Shown here: positions 28,801 through 41,059 of the stretch, one piece after another | Layout of the letters: the number at the start of each line of letters is the position of its first letter | Numbering within the stretch: position 1 is the stretch's first letter | Source of the DNA: an uncultured Candidatus Berkelbacteria bacterium | Lineage (GTDB): Bacteria; Patescibacteriota; UBA1384; CAILIB01 | Direction: 5' to 3' | DNA length: 64,000 nucleotides | Assembly: GCA_903834195.1 (NCBI GenBank) | Contig: CAILIB010000037.1 | Coordinates: 19-64,018 of the forward strand | Notes under the pieces: model-generated | Database searches by the model: none | The model's input: only the letters and a program-made list of their open reading frames with translations | Told to the model about the DNA's origin: nothing | Program-made: the position numbers and the translations under genes

Positions 28801-29670
28801 ATGCCTGAAGAAAAAGTTACCGAACAACCTGATTCCCCGGCCAGCAAGCCAGGAAAATCCGTTGAAGGACTTACCAAAAAAGTTGCGGCAAAAGTTGGAA
28901 AAGCAGCCCGACCGCTCTTTAAGAAGGTTAAAGATGCGATGCCTGGCAAGGAAGTTGAGCCTATTGAAGACCCAACTCCACTTCGACCGCTTCTTGTTGA
29001 GTTTCGTGATGTTACCAAGCAATACGGTAATCACATCGCACTCAATAACATTTCTATTAAATTTTACAAAGGTGAGTTCCTGAGTATTGTAGGTCCTTCT
29101 GGTGCTGGAAAATCTACCCTTATTAAATGTTTGACTCTGCAAGAACGACCAGATTCGGGTCGTATTATTGTAGCTGGTCGCGACATCACCCTGCTCAAAG
29201 ATCGTGATTTACCGTACTACCGACGTAAAGTTGGTATTGTCTTCCAAGACTTTAAACTTTTGCCTGCAAAAACAGTCTATGAAAATGTAGCATTTGCACT
29301 TGAAGTTTCCGGAACCCCTGGTCGCGAAATTAAGAGTCGCGTAGAAGTGATGCTTGAAACTGTGGGAATGCTTTCTAAGCGAAACAACTTTCCACACGAA
29401 CTATCAGGTGGTGAGCAGCAACGTGTCGTTATTGCACGTGCCCTTGTGCATGATCCTAAAATTCTTATTGCTGATGAGCCAACCGGAAATCTTGATCCAG
29501 TAAATACGTGGGAAATTGTTGAATTGCTCTACAAGATCAATAAGTCAGGTACGATGGTAATTCTTGCAACCCATGATCGCGAAATTGTGGATGCGCTTAA
29601 AAAGAGGGTAGTAACTATGCGAGCCGGAACTGTTGTGGCTGACCAGGAGAAAGGGGTTTACTTAGTATGA
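28801..29670 (+). CDS. ftsE: Cell division ATPase FtsE with a ~60-aa N-terminal extension
   Basis: [27 protein letters not shown] and LSGGEQQR motifs; upstream of ftsX. Confidence 0.93.
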   Translation: MPEEKVTEQPDSPASKPGKSVEGLTKKVAAKVGKAARPLFKKVKDAMPGKEVEPIEDPTPLRPLLVEFRDVTKQYGNHIALNNISIKFYKGEFLSIVGPSGAGKSTLIKCLTLQERPDSGRIIVAGRDITLLKDRDLPYYRRKVGIVFQDFKLLPAKTVYENVAFALEVSGTPGREIKSRVEVMLETVGMLSKRNNFPHELSGGEQQRVVIARALVHDPKILIADEPTGNLDPVNTWEIVELLYKINKSGTMVILATHDREIVDALKKRVVTMRAGTVVADQEKGVYLV

Positions 29671-29759
29671 GAACCTCCTCACTCAACGTACCAGTAGTAC
29701 GTCTCCTCCCGGTACTCAAATCTTCCTTGAAATCCATTCAAATAAGGAGGTTCTCGTGA
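29667..29759 (+). repeat. REP/MITE-like element at the ftsE-ftsX junction carrying a 30-codon ORF
   Basis: GAGAACCTCCT/AGGAGGTTCTC inverted repeat; core similar to 6115-6174; open frame from ATG 29667 to TGA 29759. Confidence 0.75.
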
Positions 29760-30706
29760 ACAGCTTCCTCCGCGTCTTAGGCTATGGTGTACAGGGTTTT
29801 CGTCGCAACCTATGGTTGTCAGTTATTGCAATTATTACACTAACGATGACCTTGCTGACAATTACAGCGTTTACAGTTGGTGATATTGTTGCAACCAAAA
29901 AGTACCAAGAGTTCAGCCAGGACAAGATAGACTATGTTGTCTACATTCAGGATTCGGCAAGTGATCAAGATTTCAATGCGTTATACGATCAAATAAAGGC
30001 GCGCCCAGAAGTTCAAACTGTAACAGTTGTAAGTAAGTCAGACGCACGAATTAAGTTTGAACAGGATCATAAAGATCAGCCAGTGCTACAAGGCTTGATC
30101 ACCGACGATAATAATCCATTGCCTCGCTCGATTGTTGCTCATTTCGTAGATCCGAATAGCATTTCAGTCTTTAACACCTTTATTTCAGCTGATCGATATA
30201 AAGGAGTGGTTGATAGTACGAGTTACAAAGACAATGCGACAAGTATTGATAATTATTTGCACTTCACCAAGATTCTTCGCATATTTGGTCTCTTCTTTAC
30301 CTGCTTCTTTGTTCTGATAGCTGTACTGGTGGTGCTGAATACAATCCGTCTCGCTATTTTTGCCCGTCGTACCGAAATCGAAGTAATGCGCTTAGTGGGT
30401 GCGACCCAGCGCTATATTAGAGGGCCGTTCATTGTTGAAGGTATACTCTTTGCGGTAATAAGTACGCTTATCAGTACGATACTTACAGGTATTATGCTGC
30501 AGCAAATCGATAATCTCGTTCAGCAAACTACCGTTACTGGTCTTGGTAATCAAATCGCACAACTTTTCTCAAGCACAGTTCGGATGAATGGCGTAAGTGA
30601 GGTGACAAGTTTGCTTCTCTATCTCTTCGCAATTCAGCTTATTTCAGGACTTGTTCTCGCTACAATGTGTAGCATGTTGGCGGTACGACGTTATTTGAAA
30701 GAGTAG
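29756..30706 (+). CDS. ftsX: Cell division permease FtsX
   Basis: NPLP; NTIRLAIFARRTEIEVMRLVGAT..IRGPFIVEG; AGGAGG SD before a GTG start. Confidence 0.94.
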   Translation: MNSFLRVLGYGVQGFRRNLWLSVIAIITLTMTLLTITAFTVGDIVATKKYQEFSQDKIDYVVYIQDSASDQDFNALYDQIKARPEVQTVTVVSKSDARIKFEQDHKDQPVLQGLITDDNNPLPRSIVAHFVDPNSISVFNTFISADRYKGVVDSTSYKDNATSIDNYLHFTKILRIFGLFFTCFFVLIAVLVVLNTIRLAIFARRTEIEVMRLVGATQRYIRGPFIVEGILFAVISTLISTILTGIMLQQIDNLVQQTTVTGLGNQIAQLFSSTVRMNGVSEVTSLLLYLFAIQLISGLVLATMCSMLAVRRYLKE

Positions 30707-30770
30707 ATTTTTCAAGTTCGTTTCAGGATTTCCCACTATTTTAGTTGATCGTTAAGCTTGTATTGCACAC

Positions 30771-31994
30771 ATGAAGATTCCAACTCTCTCTCGTTCTCTT
30801 TCTCGAAAAATTGGTGTTGTTCTCCTTTCACTTGTAGTACTTGCTGGTGTTGGATTTGGTGGGTTTTATATAGGTGTGCGAAAAGCTCCGACCTCACCAG
30901 ATGGAAAACCGGATCTAGGCCTTTTCTGGAAAGCTTGGGATATTGTTAACGCGAATTTTGATGGTGATACTATGAATAGTACTGGTCGTGTAGATGGAGC
31001 AATCTCAGGAATGGTTTCTAGTTTGAAAGATCCGTTTACATTTTACCTTGCACCAAGTGAGAATAAATTATTCCAATCTGATCTGCAGGGAAACTTTGGA
31101 GGAATTGGTGCAGACCTTATTTCGGATAATGGTCAGTTGACTATACAGTCTGTACTTTCAGGTACACCAGCTGAAAAAAGTGGTCTTCTTGCTAAAGATA
31201 TTATTATTAAAATTGATGGTAAAAAGGTAGCAAATATGCCTTTTAATGATGCTATTAATGCAATTCGAGGAACCAAGGGTACTGTTGTTACGCTCAATAT
31301 TGAACGAGCAGGGGAAACTGCCGCGCGCGATGTCTCAGTTACACGCGATACAATCACAATTAAGAGCGTGCTTACAGATACGCTCGGTGCTGATAAGAAT
31401 ATTGGCTACATCAAAGTGAATGAGTTTGGCCAAGATACCACACAAGATTTCATGACAGCATTGCAAGGTGTGGTTAAAGAAAATCGCAAGGGGTTGATTA
31501 TTGATCTACGTAACGATCCAGGTGGCTACCTTGATGCTGCTAAGGCAATGATTGGCATGGTGCTACCGGCAACTATTACGAGTGATCAGGCAGTGCTAAA
31601 GAAGCGCGTTGCGGTGCTCGAGCGAAGCAAAGATGGTTCCGAGAACCAAGATGTTGCAGGAGATACAATCATTGCACCGAATCTCCCAATCGTTGTACTT
31701 GTGAACGGGGGAAGTGCCTCAGCGTCAGAAATCTATGCAGGTGCAATGAAAGATTATAAACGCGCAACAGTTTTGGGGACTCAGACATTTGGAAAGGGAA
31801 GTGTTCAAACCTTAATAGATCTTGGGAACGGTGGTAGTATTAAAGTAACGATTGCAAAATGGTTTACACCACTTGGTGTGGGAATTGATGGCAAGGGGAT
31901 TACTCCAGATATAGTTGTAGATCTTCCACAGTCAGTAGTCCCCTCAACTTCTGATGTTCAAATCCAAAAAGCACTCGACATTCTCACTAAGTAG
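30771..31994 (+). CDS. S41 carboxyl-terminal processing protease (CtpA-like, with PDZ)
   Basis: DLRNDPGG, SASASEI, TFGKGSVQ and GITPD motifs. Confidence 0.93.
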   Translation: MKIPTLSRSLSRKIGVVLLSLVVLAGVGFGGFYIGVRKAPTSPDGKPDLGLFWKAWDIVNANFDGDTMNSTGRVDGAISGMVSSLKDPFTFYLAPSENKLFQSDLQGNFGGIGADLISDNGQLTIQSVLSGTPAEKSGLLAKDIIIKIDGKKVANMPFNDAINAIRGTKGTVVTLNIERAGETAARDVSVTRDTITIKSVLTDTLGADKNIGYIKVNEFGQDTTQDFMTALQGVVKENRKGLIIDLRNDPGGYLDAAKAMIGMVLPATITSDQAVLKKRVAVLERSKDGSENQDVAGDTIIAPNLPIVVLVNGGSASASEIYAGAMKDYKRATVLGTQTFGKGSVQTLIDLGNGGSIKVTIAKWFTPLGVGIDGKGITPDIVVDLPQSVVPSTSDVQIQKALDILTK

Positions 31995-32003
31995 CACACC
32001 TAC

Positions 32004-34229
32004 ATGGCAGATTTGCCACCATCCTCACAACCGTTACCACCACTGCCAACTTCCCCTTCATCAACTCCCCCGGCAGTTCAGCAAGATTCTGCTGACAGTG
32101 GAGAGGATCTGTCTTCATTAAGTCCGCTTGCAGTTCTGCAGAAGCGGGGTTCTGCTCCGATGCATGTTCCACCTGTTCTACCGACTCCACCAGCACCTAT
32201 TCCTCCAGTACTTCCGAGTGCGCCTGCTCCTGTAATGCCTGCCCCAGTATTACCGACACCAGTAATGCCGGCACCAGCATTTAAAGTACCCGAAGCTCCG
32301 CAGTCACCAACTCTGCCAGTTCTACCATCGTTACCGGTTCAACCTGTGCAGTCAGTTCCACCTGTTCTACCGACTCCACCAGCCCCATTGAATATGGCGA
32401 CACCCCCGGCTTCAACCGGAAGTCCACTTGATGTAGATATTGATCGTGATGAGTTGCTGCAGGATGCTTCAGTAGTTCCACAACAAACATTTATTCTACC
32501 TACGCCACCACGTGTGCCAGTTGCTCCGACACCTCCTGCTCCGGTTGTGCGCGCACAGCAAGTTGCACCAACGTTACCTGTTCAACCTACTCAGTCGACA
32601 CTTCCTACTGCACCAGCTCCGACACAGCAAGTACCAGTTCAAAAGCCGCTCGCTCCTCTACCTGCAGCTCCAGTTGCACCGGTTGAGCATCCAGCATTAC
32701 CGTTACGTCCTGTACAACCAAAGGCGCCAACTCCATATGTTCCTGTGGCAAATCAAGCACGTTCACCGTTTCCGCCTAAATCAGCAGCACCGCTTTCACC
32801 AGTAAACATGGCTGCAAGCCCAGATGTGCATGAAATGGCAAGTGTGCATCATCACCGAATGATTTTATTTTCTACAATTGTCGGTGGAATTGTTGCGGTT
32901 CTCCTTCTTGTAGGAGGAATGTATGCCTTGGCAGACAATGGCACCCGAGTTCCGTTCTTTTATACCTATATTTCTGGCTTAAATGGTTCGGCACTTAGTC
33001 AGAGTCAGAATGCACAGGCAAAAATTGCAGCGATGAACTCGTACAAATATGTGAGTAGTTCATCAATTGTGCTTGATTCAGGGGGAACTTCTACTGATAC
33101 CTCAAGTAGTTCTGCACCGGTATATAAGTTAGTGGTTACCATTCCAAAAGGACAAGTCACAAATAATGGTGATACAAATGTGGCTGACTACCAGGTTGCA
33201 GCTAACGGAAATCCTGAAGTACCAGTAACTGTCTTAACGAGTAAGGCAAGTATGATTGCTTATTTTCCAACTGATCAGTCAAAAGATACTGTATTGGTAA
33301 AAAGTGATCAGGTGAATCAAACACTTCTGGCGGCGGCGATCACACCTCTTACTGCTCAAACTATGGTAAAAGCAGTAAAGAGTGAAGTCTCATACCAAAA
33401 ATCGACGTTGGCAGGACGAACAGTTGCTGCATATAATGTCGGGTATGACTGCGCGGTGTTACAGGCTAAATTGCCTACTGGATTCACTCTTGATACATGC
33501 GCGGGAACAATTGCGTATATGTGGAAGTCGACTGATGTGCTTGGCGGGCTACCTGCGGAAGCTTCAGTAAAAGCAGCTCTGAGTTATCAGGGTAAAAAGT
33601 ATGCATACTCTTCAGATTTCCAGTACGTAGATTGGAATGGTGTGCTTGGAAATGGTACATCTGAAGGTGATTTGGTCTTGATCAATAATGTTAAGACAAC
33701 TGATATCGTAACTGCACCAATCTCGGCGCAAGGAATGATCTCACGCTTAGGAATAAATTTTTCACAAATTCCTCACGACACAACACTTGATGCAACTCAA
33801 GGCGATGGTACAGCAGTAGTTGCGATTACTCCGAGTGGAGAGTCAACTGCAACGGTTGTTGATGCGTTAGTTTCTTCAGCGCAAGTTCCCCCTCAACCAG
33901 CTTCGGATGCCGCTAAGGCACGAGATGTTCAGCGCAAAAAGGATCTCTCAGATATCCAACAAGCTCTGATTGCATATAAAGCAAAAACTGGAAGTTATCC
34001 GATAGTAGCTACTGGTGATCAGGTGGCAAGTAACTCAATACTCTTTTCTTCTCTGGTTCCTACCTATTTAACCAAAATGCCACTTGATCCTTTGAAGGGA
34101 ACCTACTACTATTACTACCAGTCATCTGATGGAAGTGCGTATTCATTACGTGCTGTACTCGAAAATGCATCAGATTCGACTGCGAAGAAAGGGGCGGTTT
34201 TCTCCTTTTACGAACTCAGTAGTAAATAA
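32004..34229 (+). CDS. Membrane protein: Pro-rich N-terminus, one TM, extracellular region and C-terminal pilin/GspG-like domain
   Basis: ~280 aa Pro-rich; TM ILFSTIVGGIVAVLLLVGGMYAL; C-terminal ARDVQRKKDLSDIQQAL..Y....GSYP...YLTKMPLDP. Confidence 0.75.
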   Translation: MADLPPSSQPLPPLPTSPSSTPPAVQQDSADSGEDLSSLSPLAVLQKRGSAPMHVPPVLPTPPAPIPPVLPSAPAPVMPAPVLPTPVMPAPAFKVPEAPQSPTLPVLPSLPVQPVQSVPPVLPTPPAPLNMATPPASTGSPLDVDIDRDELLQDASVVPQQTFILPTPPRVPVAPTPPAPVVRAQQVAPTLPVQPTQSTLPTAPAPTQQVPVQKPLAPLPAAPVAPVEHPALPLRPVQPKAPTPYVPVANQARSPFPPKSAAPLSPVNMAASPDVHEMASVHHHRMILFSTIVGGIVAVLLLVGGMYALADNGTRVPFFYTYISGLNGSALSQSQNAQAKIAAMNSYKYVSSSSIVLDSGGTSTDTSSSSAPVYKLVVTIPKGQVTNNGDTNVADYQVAANGNPEVPVTVLTSKASMIAYFPTDQSKDTVLVKSDQVNQTLLAAAITPLTAQTMVKAVKSEVSYQKSTLAGRTVAAYNVGYDCAVLQAKLPTGFTLDTCAGTIAYMWKSTDVLGGLPAEASVKAALSYQGKKYAYSSDFQYVDWNGVLGNGTSEGDLVLINNVKTTDIVTAPISAQGMISRLGINFSQIPHDTTLDATQGDGTAVVAITPSGESTATVVDALVSSAQVPPQPASDAAKARDVQRKKDLSDIQQALIAYKAKTGSYPIVATGDQVASNSILFSSLVPTYLTKMPLDPLKGTYYYYYQSSDGSAYSLRAVLENASDSTAKKGAVFSFYELSSK
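32166..32383 (+). repeat. 29-bp exact intragenic direct repeat (VPPVLPTPPA)
   Basis: GTTCCACCTGTTCTACCGACTCCACCAGC at 32166-32194 and 32355-32383. Confidence 0.85.
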
Positions 34230-34240
34230 CATATACCACT

Positions 34241-34801
34241 ATGACAGTTGTCTATATTATCCTCGTCGTTCTCGTTATATTTTTCCTTTGGTTGGCTAGT
34301 GCCTACAATGGACTGGTTTCGCTCAAGAATCGCACTGATGAAGCCTGGGCAGATATCGACGTCCAGTTGAAGCGTCGGTACGATTTAGTACCAAAGCTGG
34401 TTGAATCTGTGAAGGGGTATGTAAAGCAAGAGAAGGATGTCCTTGAGAATGTTACCCAAGCACGTGCAAATGCTATTGCTGCTGGAGGAGGTGTTGATGC
34501 AAAAGCTCAGTCTGAAAACGCGCTTACAGGTGCACTCCGAAGTGTTTTCGCAGTTGCTGAAAATTATCCAGATCTAAAATCTTCAGCTAACTTCCAACAA
34601 TTTAGCTCAGAAATGAGTGATATCGAAGATAAGATTCAGGCAGCTCGCCGATTCTATAATGCCAATGTGCGTGACTACAATATTAAGATTGAAGTAGTTC
34701 CAACTAGTTTCTTTGCAAAGAAGCTTGGGTTCTCACAGAAACAACTCTTTACGTTAGATGACGATGTTGCAGCTCGCGAAGACGTTGCTGTAAAGTTTTA
34801 A
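34241..34801 (+). CDS. lemA: LemA-family protein
   Basis: YNGLV, AWADIDVQLKRRYDLVP, AENYPDLKS and ARRFYN motifs. Confidence 0.95.
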   Translation: MTVVYIILVVLVIFFLWLASAYNGLVSLKNRTDEAWADIDVQLKRRYDLVPKLVESVKGYVKQEKDVLENVTQARANAIAAGGGVDAKAQSENALTGALRSVFAVAENYPDLKSSANFQQFSSEMSDIEDKIQAARRFYNANVRDYNIKIEVVPTSFFAKKLGFSQKQLFTLDDDVAAREDVAVKF

Positions 34802-34811
34802 GGGTCGCTCG

Positions 34812-35717
34812 ATGACCCTCTATACGCAGGTTAGTTCGAATCGGTCAAAAACGATGGTGTTTTTGGTTGTTTATGTTGTGCTTATTACAGCGCTGGGATG
34901 GGTTATTTCACAGGTCTACGGCAATGTAGATATTCTCTTTTTGGCGGGTATTATCGCAGTAGTACAAGGATGGGTGAGTTTTTACTACTCTGATTCATTG
35001 GCGCTTGCTGCTGCGAAGGCAATTCCCATGGATAAAAAGCAATTCCCAGAAGTGTATCGCGTTGTTGAGAATCTGAGCATTACCGCTGGTTTGCCAATGC
35101 CAACGTTATATGTGCTTGATGACGCTGCAATTAACGCATTTGCAACCGGTCGTAGTCCTGAAAATGCTTCCATTGCAGTAACACTTGGGGCAATTCAGCG
35201 TTTAAATGAGAACGAACTCACTGGTGTATTAGCGCATGAGCTTTCGCACGTGGGAAATGAGGATATTCGCTTGATGAGTATGGTCATGGTGATGGCAGGG
35301 TTGATTGCCCTGGTTTCAGATATCTTTTTGCGCTCGATGTGGTGGGGTGGCGGTCGCCGTCGCGATAGTAATAATAACGGTGATAGTGGTCAGCTCTTCT
35401 TGATTCTCGCTATTGTGATGGCAGTGCTTGCTCCAATTGCGGCCACACTTATCCAGTTGGCAATTTCCCGTAAGCGAGAGTTTATGGCAGATGCAAATGG
35501 GGTTCTCTTAACTCGTTATCCAGAGGGCCTGATTAATGCGCTCAAGAAAATCGGTGGGGATGAAGAACCGCTCGAAGTGGCGAACCGAGGAACTGCCCAT
35601 ATGTATTTTGCGAACCCGCTCAAAAGTCACTGGTTTGCTTCGTTGTTTGATACGCATCCGCCGATTGAGGATCGGATAAAGGCACTGCAAGAGGGTAGTG
35701 GAATGTCTCACGCCTAA
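34812..35717 (+). CDS. htpX: M48 zinc metalloprotease HtpX
   Basis: NAFATG, LAHELSH, SRKREFMAD and THPP motifs. Confidence 0.93.
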   Translation: MTLYTQVSSNRSKTMVFLVVYVVLITALGWVISQVYGNVDILFLAGIIAVVQGWVSFYYSDSLALAAAKAIPMDKKQFPEVYRVVENLSITAGLPMPTLYVLDDAAINAFATGRSPENASIAVTLGAIQRLNENELTGVLAHELSHVGNEDIRLMSMVMVMAGLIALVSDIFLRSMWWGGGRRRDSNNNGDSGQLFLILAIVMAVLAPIAATLIQLAISRKREFMADANGVLLTRYPEGLINALKKIGGDEEPLEVANRGTAHMYFANPLKSHWFASLFDTHPPIEDRIKALQEGSGMSHA

Positions 35718-35781
35718 AAAATCTTAACTGAGGTAAAGAACCTGGTAATTATGCCAGGTTTTTGGTAGTATACTCGGTATC

Positions 35782-36429
35782 ATGTTCTTCATGGATGAAA
35801 AGAGTGCTCTGCACTACATTGACAAAGTTGGCGGAAAAGAAATTCGCCTTGACCTAGATACACTCTGTTGCGCAATACGTTCGCGTAGGCTCTTCGGATT
35901 TTTACAGTCGGAAAATTTAGATCTACAGGGTTTGCAGGGAACTCTAAATGAGATTCGTGCGCTTGAATTTCTTGTCGCTTCACAGAAGTATGAAAGCGAG
36001 GTAGACGAGTACATTAATACTGCGTTCTTTCTGGCAGACTACGTTTGCAAGCTTCGGTGTAAAAACTGCTCTGAAGATCTTGGCACAATTGCTCTCCTCT
36101 GTCGGGCAGCGATATCGATAGAAGCCATTGTTCAAGAGTTCGGAATTAAGATCGCCTATTGTGTGCGAAAGGTGCGAGACGGTCTAGCGGCAAGGGAATT
36201 ATTTTTCCCGCCAGAGGCGTTTGACGCTGCCATGATTTATACTGCATATTTCTTGTACGGCACAGAAGAAGCGGTGCATAAGATGGATTTCACAGACGAA
36301 AAATCTGAAGAAATTCAGAAGGTGCTGTTACAGCTAGTAGAATTGATTGAGTCTATTTCAATTGACTCACTAATGCTGAGTCAAATTGATTGCTATTTTA
36401 ATTTATTGACAACAATTAGCTACATTTAG
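35782..36429 (+). CDS. Hypothetical protein, possibly a degenerate RelA/SpoT-type HD-fold domain
   Basis: RALEF...EYI...IALLCR..ISIEAIVQEFGIKIA; no HD pair. Confidence 0.6.
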   Translation: MFFMDEKSALHYIDKVGGKEIRLDLDTLCCAIRSRRLFGFLQSENLDLQGLQGTLNEIRALEFLVASQKYESEVDEYINTAFFLADYVCKLRCKNCSEDLGTIALLCRAAISIEAIVQEFGIKIAYCVRKVRDGLAARELFFPPEAFDAAMIYTAYFLYGTEEAVHKMDFTDEKSEEIQKVLLQLVELIESISIDSLMLSQIDCYFNLLTTISYI

Positions 36430-36437
36430 TGTCTCAT

Positions 36438-36471
36438 GGTGCCACCGGGTCTTCCCGATGGCACCCTTTTT
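36438..36471 (+). terminator. Intrinsic terminator
   Basis: GGTGCCA.CGGG/CCCG.TGGCACC plus T tract. Confidence 0.7.
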
Positions 36472-36476
36472 GTTAG

Positions 36477-39189
<2,713 letters not shown>

Positions 39190-39224
39190 TTGACAGGTAT
39201 TAGGGGCGGGCAGATAATTAACCA

Positions 39225-40052
39225 ATGACACATATCCATACTACCAAAAAAGCAGCAGTCGTATTTGCAGTTGTTGCTGTGCTTGCTATATTTCTACCGA
39301 CGCTCGAGATTCCTCTCAATATTGGAAATGTGTTGAATGCAACTTCAATTTTTTATAGCGTCTTACTCGGGTTTTACATTGCTAGTGCGATGACAAATTT
39401 GAGTCGGCTCAAATCGTTGGTTGCAATTGAAACTGGAGGTATTATTTCGGTGTACCACCTCTGTAAAATTGCACTGCCAAACAAACTTGATACGATTCGT
39501 GAGTCAATCGATCGCTATTTAATTAAGCGCTTCGATTACGAAGTTTCAGATTATACCGAACCAACAACTGAAGAATTTTTTGCAATCTTTGATGTATTGA
39601 AAGGTGCAGACCCTAAATCAGCTGGAGAAGTTTCAGCAATGAACTATATTGCTGAAGCGCATTATTACATTGCACAAGCTCGTCGTGAAATTACAATCGT
39701 AGGTGCTAAAATAGTTTCTGGAACTTCCTGGGTTGTGCTTAATCTACTCTCGTTCATGATTGTGCTGATGATCTTCCTCATGCGCGATGGTGGAATTGCT
39801 TCTACAATTGTAACCATCTTTTTGTCATCTTCGGCGATTATCTCACTGTTCATTTTGGATGATGTTGACGGTAATCGATTTGGTGAGGAAAAGTTCTCAG
39901 TTGAAACCTATCAGGCTGTATTTAAGGCAATTGGAAATCTTCCGTATTATCCGCATATCTTTGTATTAACAAGTCGATATAAGCCAAAAGAAAAAGTATA
40001 TCGAACAGGTACTTCGGCACATATTATACAAATTGGTCATGCAAAGTCGTGA
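39225..40052 (+). CDS. Hypothetical membrane protein (4 TM with a helical insert; DUF4239/bestrophin-like topology)
   Basis: Two TM pairs flanking a soluble helical region; TTGACA-17-GATAAT promoter. Confidence 0.65.
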   Translation: MTHIHTTKKAAVVFAVVAVLAIFLPTLEIPLNIGNVLNATSIFYSVLLGFYIASAMTNLSRLKSLVAIETGGIISVYHLCKIALPNKLDTIRESIDRYLIKRFDYEVSDYTEPTTEEFFAIFDVLKGADPKSAGEVSAMNYIAEAHYYIAQARREITIVGAKIVSGTSWVVLNLLSFMIVLMIFLMRDGGIASTIVTIFLSSSAIISLFILDDVDGNRFGEEKFSVETYQAVFKAIGNLPYYPHIFVLTSRYKPKEKVYRTGTSAHIIQIGHAKS

Positions 40053-40684
40053 TTAAACTTCCAGAATCTGACGCCGTCATTTTTGACATGAACGGCACCA
40101 TAATTGATGATGACATTTTTCACGAACAAGCGTTCGTTGAGTTCTTTCGGGTGCATAACTTGCCGTATTCTGTGGAAGACTTTCGACGTGATCACCGGGC
40201 GGCGCGAAGTAATGAAATTATGGAAGCGCTATTTGGACATTTGTCGCAGGAAGAAAGTAATAAACTGGCTGAAGAAAAAGAAACGATTTATCGGCGCCTC
40301 TATGCTCCGCACATCCACGCTATTCCAGGGTTTCTTGATTTCATTGAACAGTTGCGAGCTCAGGAAACACCAATTGCACTTGCGACATCTTCACCACAAT
40401 TAAATGTGAGTTTTACCATTGATGCTCTCGGGTTGCAGTGGAAGTTTAATCAAGTTGTGACTGGACGAGAAGTGGTAAACCCAAAACCTAGTCCTGAAAT
40501 CTACTTTTTAACAGCTGAGCGTTTAGGTGTAGATCCGTCCGAATGTCTCGTTTTTGAAGACTCGCCAGTCGGAATTGCTGCAGCAGTTGCGGCGGGAATG
40601 CGCGTGATTGTGCGTGGTAAAACTGATAATATCTCTCCGCTCATTTTGGGGTGTATTTCCGATTACACCGAAGTTGAACTATAG
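40049..40684 (+). CDS. HAD-family phosphatase (beta-PGM-like); motif I reads FDMNG instead of DxD
   Basis: IFDMNGTI, ATSS, KPSPEIY and VFEDS motifs. Confidence 0.88.
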   Translation: MIKLPESDAVIFDMNGTIIDDDIFHEQAFVEFFRVHNLPYSVEDFRRDHRAARSNEIMEALFGHLSQEESNKLAEEKETIYRRLYAPHIHAIPGFLDFIEQLRAQETPIALATSSPQLNVSFTIDALGLQWKFNQVVTGREVVNPKPSPEIYFLTAERLGVDPSECLVFEDSPVGIAAAVAAGMRVIVRGKTDNISPLILGCISDYTEVEL

Positions 40685-40735
40685 TACGTCGTTGAAGGTG
40701 GAAACGCGCCCAAACATCTGGTAGCATACCTGTAT

Positions 40736-41059
40736 ATGAATGAGCTATCTCGCGACGATATTCGTCACTTATCCCATCTTTCCCGCCTCGAACTCACCGA
40801 TGAGGAATATGCGCGTTACGCAACGCAGCTTTCTTCAGTGGTGCAGTATGTTGCCCAACTTCAAAGTGTCGATACAAGTTCGGTTCAAGCACATCTTGGT
40901 GTGACTGGATTAACCAATGTATTAGCTGATGATGTTGTACGTGAAAAAGGTACGCCTGCAGACATTGAGCCGATGGATGTTATTAATAAGGCACCGCGTC
41001 ATCATGGTCGGCTGATTGAGGTTCGCGCAGTATTGGGTGGAGAGGTAGGTGCAGCATGA
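40736..41059 (+). CDS. gatC: Asp/Glu-tRNA amidotransferase subunit C
   Basis: IRHLSHLSRLEL...QLQSVDT; directly upstream of gatA. Confidence 0.9.
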   Translation: MNELSRDDIRHLSHLSRLELTDEEYARYATQLSSVVQYVAQLQSVDTSSVQAHLGVTGLTNVLADDVVREKGTPADIEPMDVINKAPRHHGRLIEVRAVLGGEVGAA

